A stretch of DNA of 64,000 nucleotides, from assembly GCF_009914755.1 (NCBI RefSeq), contig NC_060947.1; one strand, 5' to 3'. How positions within the stretch are numbered: position 1 is the stretch's first letter; every line of letters starts with the position of its first letter. Made by a program: the position numbers and the translations under genes. Shown here in pieces: positions 42,363 to 64,000 of the stretch. A model generated the notes under the pieces. It had not been told where the DNA came from, searched no databases, and saw only the letters and a program-made list of their open reading frames with translations. Source of the DNA: the human T2T-CHM13v2.0 reference genome, Homo sapiens.

Positions 42363-45169
42363 AAAATAGGGGTTATGGAGGTCAGGTAATTAATGGAGTT
42401 TTAGGTCAGATCCGACATACAGTGGATCCAGTGGGTACCCGGACTCATCCTGCAGTTATTTCCCCAATGCCAGAATGTATAATTGGCACAGACATACTTA
42501 GCAGCTGGTAGAACCCCCATATTGGCTCCCTGACTGGTGAGAGCTACTATGATGGGAAAGGCCAAAGGGAAGCAATTAGAGCTGCCTCTACCTAGAGAAA
42601 TAATAAATTAAAAACAATATTCCATCCCTGGAGGGACTGCAGAAATTAGTGCCACCATCAAAGACTTGAAAGAGGCAGGGGTGGTGATTCCCACCACATG
42701 CCAATTCAACACTCCCATCTGGCCGGTGCAGAAGACAGATAAATCTTGGAGAATGACAGTGGATTATCATAACCTTAATCAAGTTGTGACTCCAATTGAA
42801 GCTGCTGTAACAGATGTGGCTTCATTGCTTGAGCAAATTAACACATCTCCTGGTAACTGGTATGCAGCCATTGACTTGGCAAATGACTTTTTCTCCATTA
42901 ATGCCCATAAGTCCCACCAAAATCAATTTGCCTTCAGCTGGCAAGGCCAGCAATATACCTTTACTGTCCCACCTCAGGGGTACATCCACTCTCCTGCTTT
43001 GTGTCATAATCTTATTAGGAGGGACCTTGATCGCTTTTTGCTTCTGCAAGATATCACACTGGTCCATTACACTGATGACATACTGATTGGATCCAGTGAG
43101 CAAGAAGTAGCAAACACACTGGACTTATTGGTGAGACATTTGCATGACAGATGTGGGGAAAAAAATCTGACTAAAATTCAGGGACCTTCTACCTCAGTAA
43201 AATTTTCTATGGTTCCAGTGCTGTGGGACCTGTTGAGATATTCCTTCTAAGATGAAGGATAAGTTACTGCATTTGGCCCCTCCTCCATCCAAGAAAGAGG
43301 TACAACACCTGGTGGGCCTATTTGGATTTTGGAGACAACACATTCCTCAGTTGAGTGTGTTACTCTGACCCATTTATCGAGTGACCCAAAAGGCTGCCAG
43401 ATTTGAGTGGGGTCGGGAATAGGAGAAGACTCTGCAACAGGTCCAGGCTGCTGTGCAAGCTGCTCTGCCACTTGGGACATATTACCCAGCAGATCCAATG
43501 GTGTTTGAGTTGTTGGTGGCAGATAGAGATGCTGTTTGGAGCCTTTGGCAGGCTCCCATAGGTGAATCACAGCAGAGACCTGTAGGATTTTGAAGCAAGG
43601 CCCTGCCATCTTCTGCAGAAAACTACTCTCCTTTTGAGAGACAGCTCTTGGCCTGTTACTGGGCTTTGATGGAAACTGAACATTTGACTATGGATCATCA
43701 AGTCACCTTGTGAACTGAACTGCCTATCATGAACTGAATGCTTACTGAACCATCTAGCCACAAGTTGGCTATGCACAGTAGCATTCCATCATCAAATGGA
43801 AGTGGTATATACGTGATCGGGCTCCAGCAGGTCCTGAAAGCCCAAGTAAGTTACATGAGGAAGTGGCTCAAATGCCCCTGGTCTCCACTCCTGCCACCCT
43901 TCCTTCTCTCCCCCAGCCTGCACCAGTGACCTTATGGGGAGTTCCCTATGATCAGTTGGCAGAGGAAGAAAAGACTAGGGTCTGGTTCACAGATGGTTCT
44001 GCACCATATGCAGACACCAGCTGAAAGTGGACAGCTGCAGCACTAGAGTCTCTTTCTAGGACATCCCTGAAGGGCAGCAGTGAAGGGACATCTTCCCAGT
44101 GGGCAGAACTTCGAGCAGTGTACCTGGTTGTGCACTTTGCATGGAAGCAGAAATGGCCAGATGTGCTATTATATATTGATTCACGGGCTGTAGCCAATGG
44201 TTTGGCTGGTTGATAAGGGACTTGGAGGAAGCATGATTGGAAAATCGGTGACAAAGAAATTTGGGGAAAGGCATGTGGATGAACCTCTCTGAGTGGTCAA
44301 AAACTGTAAAGATATTCATATCCCATATGAGTGCTCACCAACAGGTGATCTCAGCAGAGGAGGATTTTAATAATCAAGTGGATAGGATGACCCGTTCTGT
44401 GGACACCACTCAGCCTCTTTCCCCAGCCACCCCTGTCATCACCCAATGGGCCCATAAACAAAGTGGCCATGGCGGCAGGAATGGAAGTTATGCATGGGCT
44501 CAGCAACATCGACATTCACTCACCAAGGCTAACCTAGCTATGGCCACTGCTGAGTGCCCAATTTGCCAGCATCAGAGACCAATACTGAGCCTTTGATATG
44601 GCACCATTCCTCTGGGTGATCAGCCAGCTACCTGGTGGCAGGTTGATTATACTGGACCTCTTCCATTATGGAAAGAGCAGAGGTTTGTCCTCACTGGAAT
44701 AGACACTTACTCCAAATATGGGTTTGCCTATATTGCATGCAATGCTTCTGCCAAGACCACCATCCATGGACCCACTGAATGTCTTATCCACCATCATGGT
44801 ATTCCACACAGCATTGCCTCTGACCAAGGCACTGACTTTATGGCTAAACAAGTGAGGCAGTGGGCTCCTGCTCATGGAATTCACTGTTCTTACCATGTTC
44901 CCCATCATCCTGAAACAGCTGAATTGATAGAATGGTGGAATGGCCTTTTGAAATCACAAGTACAATGCCAACTAGGTGACTTTGCGGGGCTGGGGCAAAG
45001 CTCTCCAGAAGACCATGTATGCTCCGAATCAGCGTTCAATATATGTTACTGTTTCTCCCATAGCCAGGATTCACAGGTCCAGGAATCAAGGGGTGGACGT
45101 GGAAGTGGAACCACTCACCGTTACCCCTAGTGATTCACTAGCAAAATGTTTGCTTCCTGTTCCCGCGAC

Positions 45170-45460
45170 ATTACATTCTGCTGGCCTAGAGGTCTTCTTT
45201 CCAGAGAGAAGAATGCTGCCACCAGAAGACACAACAACGATTCCATTAAACTGTAAATTAAGTTTACCACCTGGCCACTTTGGGCTCCTACCTTTAAGTC
45301 AATAGGCTAAGAAGGGATTTACACTGTTGGCTGAGGTTATTGACTGAGACCACCAAGATAAAATCAGTCTACTACTCCACAATGGAGGTAAGGAGGAGTA
45401 TGCATGGAATACAGGATATCCATTAGGACATCTCTTAGTATTACCATGCCCTGTGATTAA
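45170..45460 (+). pseudogene. dut: ERV-L dUTPase remnant
   Basis: ATLHSAGLEV...TTTIPLNCKLSLPPGHFGLL, located after integrase as is typical of ERV-L. Confidence 0.8.
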
Positions 45461-45982
45461 GGTCAATGGGAAACTACAACAGCCCAATCCAGGCAGGACT
45501 GCAAATGGTCCAGACCCCTCAGGAATAAAGGTTTGGGTCACTTCAATAGGAAAAAACCCAGGACCTGCTGAGGTGCTTGCTGAAGGCAAAGGGAATGCAG
45601 AATGGGTAGTAGAAGAAGGTAGTCATCAATTCCAGCTATGATCACGTGACCAGATGCAGAAACGTGGACTGCAACTGTCATGAGTATTTCCTTCTTTTGT
45701 TAAAAACATGTTTGTGCATGTATACACTTGTACTAAGAAAATATCTTGATTTTATTTCCTATTCCTTTATCATGTGATGTAAGATTTATTGACTTCATAT
45801 CAGTATTTAAGTATTGTTAACTTTATGTAATAGTATCTGGGTTGGAAAATGATGCATTACTGGTTGTGCGAAGGATAGTTGTGTTATGTTAGGGGTAACT
45901 ATGGCCTTATTATTGTCTTTATTTGAAGATTATGTATAATCTCAGGAAATGTGTATGGGTTCAAGTTGACAAGAGGTGGACA

Positions 45983-46443
45983 TGTGATTGTTAATACTGA
46001 GTGTCAACTTGATTGGATTGAAGGATACAAAGTATTAGTCCCCTGGGTGTGTCTGTGAGGGTGTTGCCAAAGCACATTAACATTTGAGTCAGTGGACTGG
46101 GGAGGGCAGACCCACTTTTAACCTGGTGGGCACAATCTCATCAGCTGCCAGCAAATTTAAAGCAGGCAGAAAAATAAAGGGAAGGAGGAAGACTGGCCTA
46201 GCCTCCTAGCCCATATCTTTCTCCCATGCTGGATGCTTCCTGCCCTTGAACATCAGACTCCAAGTTCTTCAGTTTTAAGACTCGGACTGGCTCTCCTTGC
46301 TCCTCAAGCTTGCAGACAGCCTATTGTGGGAACTTGTGATCATGTAAGTTAATACTTAATAAACTAATAAGATATATATTATATATATATATACATATAT
46401 ATCTCCTATTAGTGCTGTCCCTCTAGAAACCCTGACTAATGCA
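45983..46443 (+). mobile_element. MLT2A (MLT2A2-like) 3' LTR
   Basis: TGTGATTGTTAATACTGAGTGTCAACTTGATTGGATTG...AATAAA...(TA)n...CCCTGACTAATGCA, following the purine tract AAGAGGTGGA. Confidence 0.93.
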
Positions 46444-46444
46444 A

Positions 46445-47325
46445 CATATTTAATACAATCTTTATCAAAAACCAGCAAAATTTTTTATTGGTGTATGGAG
46501 ACTTATTCGTGAACTCTATGGAAAGGCAAAGGAACTAGAATACCTAAAACTGATTTTCAAAAAGAAGAAAAAAGTGGAAAGAATTATTACCTGATTTTAA
46601 CACTTATTATATAGTTATAATAATCAACACTAAGTGCATTGGTGGAATAGTAGACACATGGATCAATGGAACAGAATAGAGAACCAGAAATAGATCAACA
46701 CAAGTATAGTCAACTGATATTTCACAAAGTGATAGGGTTTGGCTGTGTCCCCACCCAAATCTTATCTTGAGTTGTAGTTCTCATAATCCCCACTTGTGGG
46801 AAGGAACAAATGGGAGGTAAATGAATCATGAGGGTTGGTTACCCTCATGTTGTTCTCATGATAGTGAGTGAGTTCTCACAAGATCTGATGGTTTTATAAA
46901 GGGCTTTTCCCCTTTTTGCTTGGCATTTCTTGCTGCCGCCCTGTGAAGAAGGATGTGTTTGCTTCCTCTTTCACCATGATTGTAAGTTTCCTGAGGTCTT
47001 CCCAGCCCTGTGGAACTGTGAATTGATTAAACCTCTTTCCTTTGTAAATCACCCAGTCTTGGGTACTTCTTCATAGCAGCATGAGAAGGAAGTAATACAT
47101 ACAGGTATGAAAAGAATTCAATAGTGAAAGAAAAGTCTTTTTACAAATTGTGCTGGAGCAATTGCATATGCATAGACAAAAAAAAAACTTTCATCTGAAC
47201 CTCATACCATATATAAAAATTAACTCAAAATAAGTCATGTACAATATAAAACTCTAAAATTTTACAATAAAACATAGGAGAACATCTCAGGACCTAGGGC
47301 TTAGTGAAGAGTTCTTAGACTTGGA
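46445..47325 (+). mobile_element. Old L1M ORF2 fragment, split by a THE1 LTR
   Basis: GATCAATGGAACAGAATAGAGAACCAGAAATAG and ACCATATATAAAAATTAACTCAAAAT are diverged L1 ORF2 sequence. Confidence 0.75.
46730..47099 (+). mobile_element. THE1 (THE1B/C-like) solo LTR
   Basis: TGATAGGGTTTGGCTGTGTCCCCACCCAAATC...ATTAAACCTCTTTCC...TAATACA. Confidence 0.92.
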
Positions 47326-47469
47326 TACCTCTCCCGAACAAAACTGGGCCCCTGAAGTTTTTGAGCTCATTCACACTGAACTTTCATAAATTTACTAATG
47401 ATAATTTAAATGTTTCCATCAGTACTGGTTCCAGTCAGGCTCTACTCCTGGGCTTCTGCTCCAGTGGAC

Positions 47470-49833
47470 TGGAGATGCCGAGATGTCTGAGTAAATGCAG
47501 ACAGAAAGAGCTTCACCCACTGACAGACCAGACCATCAAGAATACCAGCACACTCCAAGCAGATCTTAGGAATTAAGGCATTGAGAGTGGATGGCAGGAC
47601 GATGCAGACCTTGGACTGAAAAGGGAGGAAGCTGGGAACCATGGCCTGGGTTTTTAAGCACCAGGACTCATTCCTGGCATCAACAACAGTTTTCACAGAA
47701 TTAGAAAAAAACTATTTTAAAATTTATATGAAACCAAAAAAGAGCCTGAATAGCCAAAGCAATCATAAGCAAAAAGAACAAAGCTGGAGGCATCACACCA
47801 ACTTCAAACTATACTGCAAAGCTACAGTAGCCAAAACAGCATAGTTCTGGTACAAAAGCAGGCACATACACCAAAGGAACAGGTTAGGGAACCCAAAAAT
47901 AAAGCCACACAAATAAAGGGATCTGACCTTTGCCAAAGTTGACAATAACAAGCAATGGGAACAAGGGCTCCCTATTCAATAAATGTTGGTGGGATAACTG
48001 CCCAGCCATATGCAGAAGATTGAAACTGGACCCATTTCTTACACCATATACAAAAATCAACTCAAGATGGATTAAAGACTGAAGTGTAAATACCAAAACT
48101 ATAAAAACCCTGGAAGACAGCCCAGGCAATACCATTCAGAACATAGGCAACGGCAAAGATTTCATTATGAAGGCACCAAAGGCAATTGCAGCAAAAACAA
48201 AAATTGACAAATGGGATGTAATTAAACTTAAAAGCTTCTGCACAGCAAAATAAACTATCAACAGAGTAAACAGACAACCTACAGAATTAGAGAAAATATT
48301 TGCGAACTATGCATCTGACAAAGTTCTAATATCCAACATCTATAAGAAACTTAAACAATTCAACAAGCAAAAAACAAATAACCTCATTTAAAAATGGGCA
48401 AAGCAAATTACCATCATTCAATGAGTGGATAAAGAAAATGTGATGTATCTATATATATAATATATACATATATATTATATAACATATATAATATATACAT
48501 ATGTATTATATAACATATATATTATATATAATATATACATATATTATATAACATATATATTATATATATGTTATATATATATATACACCATGGAATACTA
48601 CTTAGCCATAAAAGGAAGGAAATAATGGCATTTACAGCAACCTGACTGGAATTGGAGACCATTATTCTAAGTGAAGTAACTCAGGAATGGAAAACCAAAC
48701 ATAGTATGTTCTCACATATAAGTAGAAGCTAAGGTATGTGGACACAAAGGCATAAGAATGATGCAATATACTTTGGGTGAAAGGGAGGTGAGGGATAAAA
48801 GACTACACATTGGGTAGAGTGTGCAATGCTTGGGTGACAGGTGCACCAAAATCTCAGAAATCACCATTAAAGAACTTATTCATGTAACCAAACACCAAAT
48901 GTTTCCCAAAAACCTAATGAAATGATAAAATAAAATGTATGATTCTTACAGAGAAGATAAACATAATGTACACATTTTTTAAAAATAAAAACTGGGCAAA
49001 GGACATGGACAAACACTTCTCAAAAGAAGACATACATGCCACCAGCAAGCGTGTAAAAAATGTGCAACATCGCTAACCGCTAGAGAAATATAGATCAAAA
49101 CCACAATGAGATACCATCTCACAACCCTCAGAATGGCTATTAATAAAAAGTAAAAAATAAGAGATGTTAGTGAGGTTGCAGGAAAAAAGGAACACACATT
49201 ACTGCTAGTGGGAATATAAATGAGTTCAGCCACTGTGGAAAGCAGTTTGTACATATCTTGAAGAACTTATAACAGAAGTACCATTCAACCCAGCAATCCC
49301 ATTATTGGATATATACCCAAAGCAATATAAATTGTTCTGCCTTAAAGGCACATACATGCATATGTTCATTGTAGCACCTTTCACAATACCAAAGACAGGG
49401 AATCAACCTAGATGTCCATCAACAGTGGACCAGATGAAGAAAATGTGGTATATATACAATATGAAATACTACCCAGCCAAAGAAAAAAAAGGAGATTATG
49501 TCCTCTGAGGCTATGTGGATGCAGCTGGAGGCCATTATCCTACATGAATTAACAAAGGAATAGAAAATCAAATACTGCAGATTCTCACTTATAAGTGGGA
49601 GCTAAACATTGGGTACATATGGAAACAAAGAAGGGAACAATAGACATCAAGTGTCACTTGATGGTGTAGGGTGGGAGGAGGGTGAGGAATGAAAAACAAT
49701 CAACCAGGTAGAATGCTCACTACCTGAGTGACAAAATTATCTGTACACCAAACCCCAGTGATATACAATGTACCCATGTAACAAGAATACACATGTACCC
49801 ACTGAACCTAAAGTAAAAGTTGAAAGAAAAAAA
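47470..49833 (+). mobile_element. Older L1 (L1PA15/16-like): 3' ORF2 and 3'UTR from about 47685, preceded by a short L1-5'UTR-like piece
   Basis: FTELEKN... ORF2 peptides; 3' end GTACCCACTGAACCTAAAGTAAAAGTTGAAAGAAAAAAA. The 5'UTR call for 47470-47680 is from memory and less certain. Confidence 0.8.
48404..48987 (+). mobile_element. L1PB1-like 3' fragment with internal TA-rich repeat (48447-48585) and about 45 bp of 3' extra sequence
   Basis: GAAGTAACTCAGGAATGGAAAACCAAAC...CACCAAAATCTCAGAAATCACC. TSD AAAAATGGGCAAAG (48390-48403) / AAAACTGGGCAAAG (48988-49001). Confidence 0.88.
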
Positions 49834-49837
49834 GTTC

Positions 49838-55999
<6,162 letters not shown>

Positions 56000-56004
56000 G
56001 ACTC

Positions 56005-56612
56005 AACTCACTTTTCTATATGCTGATTTCTAATGGATTCTTCAAACCACTTTTCCCAAAAACCCATGCCAACAGACTTCCAGGTAGGTTCTGCCAATTG
56101 GAGGCAATCAGAGGTAGATTTGAAAATAGAAAGAGGGAAAAGAGACTTTCTTTTTCTCCATTTCCTATTAACATATCCAGTGCCTTCTTTCTCCACTCCT
56201 AGTACCAGCCTCACTGCATCACCTAAAAGCAGCTGCTGAGTCATCTTCCCTGGATAATCAGAGTATGAGCTCCCTCATCAGTTTAGCTATATCCCCTAGA
56301 CCACCTTAATACTCATTGAGCCACAACCCCTTCAGTGGTCCTGGCATCCCTTAACTTGCATTACCCTCCTCAGAGGTTCAAGCACCTACCATGCCATGTC
56401 TCCTTCTCAAAAGTCCAAACACCAGTTGTTCAGAACTTCCCTCCATATATCATTTTATTCCCCTCACCCTAGCTATTTCCTGCAGTCATTAATATCTAGG
56501 TTACTCTGGTTACCTCACTTTTGCTCTTTCAGCCTTCCAACACTTGTATAACCAACTCCCTCCTGCCCGAAATACATAATACAGCTTTTCTGTTTTCCTG
56601 ACAAGACCCTAT
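56005..56612 (+). mobile_element. ERVL-class LTR fragment (LTR33/LTR41-like)
   Basis: CTTCCAGGTAGGTTCTGCCAATTGGAGGCA and terminal TTCTGTTTTCCTGAC motifs resemble this family; named from memory. Confidence 0.55.
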
Positions 56613-57854
56613 AATTTTCATAGCACTTTTTCTGTCCTTCTACTATTACACTCATGATATTCTTGTACTGTATATCTGTATCTCTCTCTTTTACATATAA
56701 TGTTTAATTGGGGTATATTTTTTGAAAGAATGATAAGTAAATAATCAAATAAAAGAGATTTTGTAACCGGTATTTCTAGAGTAATCTTGTGTTGAGAAAG
56801 AATAAGACTCTAGTTAGAGGTATGAAGGGAGAAGATAACACTAAAGATAGATAAATGAAAGCATTAATGTAAATGTTAATTTTCTAATATTATTTCCTAT
56901 GAAATACAATACCACCTATATTTAAGCCCATTTGCTTGCTATAATTTTTTTCTGACAAAAAGTAAAGCAAAAAAGTAGGCAGAGAATAAACAATATTATT
57001 CATCTCTTGAGGGGAAAAAATATTTCCAAAGTGGCCCACTATTACATAATGGCAGCCAACAAATACATAAATATCTACCGTGTATCAATCACTCCTCTGG
57101 GCATAGGGAAAATTTGCTTAAATGTAGAGAAGGTCATTTTCCTTAGGGAGCTTATTTATGTAGCTGAAGAGCTAGTAGAAGGAGAACTGGGTTGGGGGTC
57201 CAAAGACATGACTTTGGCCAAATCATCTCTCCCCTCTGAATGTCAGTTTCTTGATTGATTACACAAAAGGGGGTAGACTAGGAGCTCCAAATGACCTCGC
57301 TAGCTCAAATAGACTGTGGTTTTACCTTTGCATGAGGAAAAGGGGATATGGTCATTAATTAGTTTTGAAATAGGGATCTCACACAATTCAAAACACAAGA
57401 AAAATCATGTTCATTCTCTACCTCTAAACTAGACAGTATCAGATACAAGCTAGCAACTCAAGACTGAATGATGGTGTGGACAGTTGAGTGGGGAGAGAGT
57501 CCCCATCTTTCCTAGATGGGTGTGTAGGTGAATGTCTAATTTTCCCATGGAGATGACACTCCCATTTGAGATATGAAATTTTCCCATTCTCCTCCCCATG
57601 CCACAGCACAATTTCCCAAGCACAACTAAAGAATCAGGTAAAACATTTGCCCTCTGTGAGCTACTCACCAAGCCACGTGATGGGAATCTAGTCTTCCACT
57701 CCATTTGTAAGACAACTGGCTTCCCAGAAGTTCCTTCTTTACTACCTCATGGGTTGCCTGGGTCAGTAGGCAAATAGACCTGTTGCAGTCTAATGTAGTG
57801 GGTGAAGCCAAGACTTATGCATGGAAGTAACTAGTAAACAAGCTTAACATATTT

Positions 57855-58290
57855 TCATTAATTCACTCAACGTGTGTTTATTGAGCACCTACTATGTGAA
57901 TAAGAAAGTCACTGTCCCTGCTCTCATAGATGTGACTTTGGGTGACTAATTTAAAAAAGTAACCAAAGATATAAATAAAATATTTATAAATAATAAGGTA
58001 TATGAAGCAAATAAGGTACAAGAACATAATATGAAAGCTACATTAAATAGTAATAATCAAGGAAGGAGTCTCTGAAGAAGTGACAGTTGTTCTAAAATTC
58101 AAAGTATGAGAGTCAGCCATAATTAAAATGGAAGGTTGACTAGTCTGGGCAGAAAAAAAAATCATATGCAAAGGCCTTGTAGTAGAAAGTAGCTTGATAG
58201 TTTGAGAGAAAGGTAGCATGGCTGAAACATAGCAGATCGCAAGGAGAGTGGTGGGTCATGAAGTTAGTGAGATAAGCAGGAACCAGAATA
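57855..58290 (-). mobile_element. LINE-2 3' fragment
   Basis: ATTCACTCAACGTGTGTTTATTGAGCACCTACTATGTG...GTCCCTGCTCTCAT...TCTGAAGAAGTGACA...TGCAAAGGCC. Confidence 0.75.
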
Positions 58291-58891
58291 TGTAGGGGCT
58301 TTTTTGTTTGCTCTTCTTGTTGTTTAGTTTTTTTAATTTTTAATTTTTGTGGGTAGATAGTAGGTGATATTGATGGGGTACATGAGATATTTTGAAACAG
58401 GCATGCAATGTGTAATAATCACATCATAGAAAATGGATTATCCATTCCTTTAAGCACTTATCCTTTGTGCTACAAACAATCTAATTATACTCTTTTAGTT
58501 ATTTTTAAATGTACAATTAAATTATTATTCACTGTAGTCACTGATATGGTGTGGCTCTCTGTCCCAACCCAGATCTCATTTCAAATTGTAATCCCCACAT
58601 GTCAAGAGAGGAACCTATAATCCTCACTTGTTGAGGAAGGGAAGTGATTGAATTATGGGGGTGGTTTCTCTCATGCCGTTCTCATGATAGTGAGTGAATT
58701 CTCATGAGATCTGATGGTTTTATAAATAATAGCTTATCCTGCACTCTCATATGTTCTCTCTTTTTCTCACCTGCTGCCACGTAAGATGTGCCTGCTTCCT
58801 CTTCTGCCATGATTGTAAGTTTTCTGAGGCCTCCCCAGGCACTGTGGAACTGTGAGTTAATTAAACCTTTCTTTATAAATTACCCAGTCTC

Positions 58892-59293
58892 ATTAAGAAA
58901 ATGTGGAACATATACACCATGGAATACTATGCAGTCATAAAAATGGATGAGTTCATGTCCTTTGTAGGGACATGGATGAAGCTGGAAACCATCATTCTCA
59001 GCAAACTATCGCAAGGACAAAAAACCAAACACCGCATGTTCTCACTCATAGGTGGGAATTGAACAATGAGAACACATGGGCACAGGAAGGGGAACAACAC
59101 ACACCGGGACTGTTGTGGAGTGGGGGGAGGGGGAAAGGATAGCATTAGGAGATATACCTAATGCTAAATGACGAGTTAATGGGTGCAGCACACCAACATG
59201 GCACATGTATACATATGTAACAAACCTGCACGTTGTGCACATGTACCCTAAAACTTAAAGTATAATAATTATTAAAGAAAAAGAAAAAAAAAA
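58892..59293 (+). mobile_element. 5'-truncated L1PA3/4-like element
   Basis: Low-divergence ORF2 end and 3'UTR, A tail at 59274-59293; TSD ATAAATTACCCAGTCTC at 58875-58891. Confidence 0.96.
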
Positions 59294-59534
59294 GAATAGT
59301 CCAAAAGATTAAAATAATTTTGAAAGGGGCTTACGGTATAAAAAGAGGTGTGGAAAATCAGCCCCAGTAGGAACCAATTAATTACTAATACACAGTGGAA
59401 ACCATGCTCCACATTTTTTTTTTAATCTGAAGACATGGTAAGCTATGGGTAGATTTTTAAACATTACATATGAACCGATAACTAGATTATGAAATGTAAT
59501 AAAGTGCCAGAATACCCAAAAAAAAACCAAATAT
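59294..59534 (+). other. L1 3' transduction (about 224 bp of unique-looking sequence)
   Basis: AATAAA at 59498-59503, second poly-A at 59518-59526, then the perfect TSD copy at 59535-59551. Confidence 0.93.
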
Positions 59535-60710
59535 ATAAATTACCCAGTCTCAGAGAAGTTATTTATAGCAATGTGAAAACGGACTAATATCATCACCCTA
59601 TTGTGATATCAAATAGTAAGACCTATTCATTCTTACTTTTTTTTTTACCCATTAAACATCCTCCCCCCCAAAAGCACTCCGACTATTCTTCCCAATCTTT
59701 GATAGCAATCCTTCTACTCTCTATCTCCATGAGTTCAATTGTTTTGATTTTATCTCCCACAAATAAGTGAGAACATGTAATGTTTGCCCTTCTGTGACTG
59801 GCTTACTTCACTTAAAATAATGACCTCCAGTCTTACCCACGTTGTTGCAAATGACAGAATCTCATTCTTTTTATGACTGAATAGTATTCCATTGTTTATA
59901 AGTACCATATTTTCTTTATCCATATGTCTGTTGATGGACACGTTGGTTGCTTCAAAACCCAGCTTTTGGGAACACTGCTGCAACAAACATGGGAGTGCAG
60001 ATATCTTTTCAACATATTGATTTCCTTTCTTTTGGGTACATACCAAGCAATGGGATTGCTGGATCATATAATGGCTCAATTTTTAAGTTTATAAGGAATC
60101 TCTAAACTGTTCTTCATAGTGGTTATACTAATTACATTCCCACCACAGTGTACAAGGTTTCCCTTTTCTCTGCATCCACACCAGCATTTGTTATTGCTGT
60201 TTCTTGGGTGTAAGCCATTTTAAGTGGGGGAAAATATCTCACTATAATTTTGATTTGTATTATCTGAGGGCCAATGATGTTGAGAACTTTTTCATATGCC
60301 TGTTTGTCATTTGTAAGTCTTCTTTTGAGAAGTGTCTATTAAAATCTTTTGCACATTTTTAATCAGATTATTAGATTTTTTCCTATAGAGTTGTTTTAGT
60401 TCCTTATATGTTATGGTTATTAATCCCTTGTCAGATGCAGATAGGTACTTTGCAAATATTTTCTTCCATTCTGTGGGTTGGATCTTCACTTTGTTGATTG
60501 TTCCTTTGCTGTGCAGAAGTTTTTTACTTAACATGATCCCATTTGTCCATTTTTGCTTTGAATGCTTGTGCTTGAGGGGTTTTACTCAAGAAAATTTTGT
60601 CCAGAAAAATATCCTGAAGATTTTCCCCAATGTGTTTTTGTAGCAGTTTTATAGTTGGAAGTCTTCCATTTAAGCCTTCAATCCATTTTGATTTGATTTT
60701 TGTATATGGG

Positions 60711-60957
60711 CTATTAGTCCATTCTCATGCTGCTATGAAGAAACACCCAAGACTGGGTAATTTATAAAGAAAAGAGGTTTAATTGACTCATATTTCCACA
60801 GGGCTGCAAACTCCTCAGAAAACTTACAATCATGGCAGAGGGCACTTATTCACAGAGTGTCAGAAGAGAGAATGAGTGCCAGCAGGGGAAATGCCAGACA
60901 CTTATAAAACCATCAGATCTCATGAGACTCACTCACTATCATTACAACGCATGGGGG
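60711..60957 (-). mobile_element. THE1/MST LTR fragment
   Basis: TATTAGTCCATTCTCATGCTGCTATGAAG...GACTGGGTAATTTATAAAGAAAAGAGGTTTAATTGACTCA is the reverse of a MaLR LTR 3' end. Confidence 0.88.
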
Positions 60958-60962
60958 AGCTC

Positions 60963-64000
<3,038 letters not shown>

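Larger units (their letters stand above)
39963..45982 (+). mobile_element. HERV-L internal region: gag, pro, pol (RT/RNase H/IN), dUTPase; no env; degenerate
   Basis: KVRALIGKEWDTATWNGDVW (gag), LLDTGSELTLIP (protease), WRMTVDY / PQGY / HYTDD (RT), H...H...CPIC (IN), SAGLEV...LPPGHFGLL (dUTPase). Confidence 0.96.
58542..59591 (+). mobile_element. THE1D-like solo LTR, split by an L1 insertion
   Basis: TGATATGG start and GGACTAAT end; internal duplicated TAATCCCCAC unit; 5-bp TSD GTCAC / ATCAC. Confidence 0.9.
58320..60710 (-). mobile_element. L1MA (L1MA2/3-like) 3' portion, interrupted by THE1D and L1PA
   Basis: Reverse L1MA 3'UTR at 58320-58541 continues at 59597; ORF2 C-terminal peptides (QPTEWKKIFA) on minus. 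Confidence 0.88.

Overview
Primate (very probably human or great-ape) genomic DNA made almost entirely of interspersed repeats. I find no recognisable protein-coding host gene or RNA gene. Contents in order: a class I ERV remnant (HERV-I/HERVIP10-like pol-env plus 3' LTR, with an AluS inside); a full-length L1PA4-like element with a 3' transduction; a THE1 element; an internally deleted L1PA element on the minus strand; old L1M elements with nested insertions; a HERV-L provirus with MLT2A LTRs; a full-length L1PA3-like element on the minus strand that lacks a TSD and keeps an open, extended ORF0; and a young L1PA2-like insertion running off the right edge. Most interesting observation: the three large L1PA copies share non-consensus substitutions in mutually incompatible pairings, including a Cys-to-Trp change in the ORF2p CCHC motif shared by two copies. 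This suggests local L1-to-L1 gene conversion. There are also four L1 3' transductions bracketed by TSDs. Subfamily names and consensus comparisons come from memory, not from a database search.
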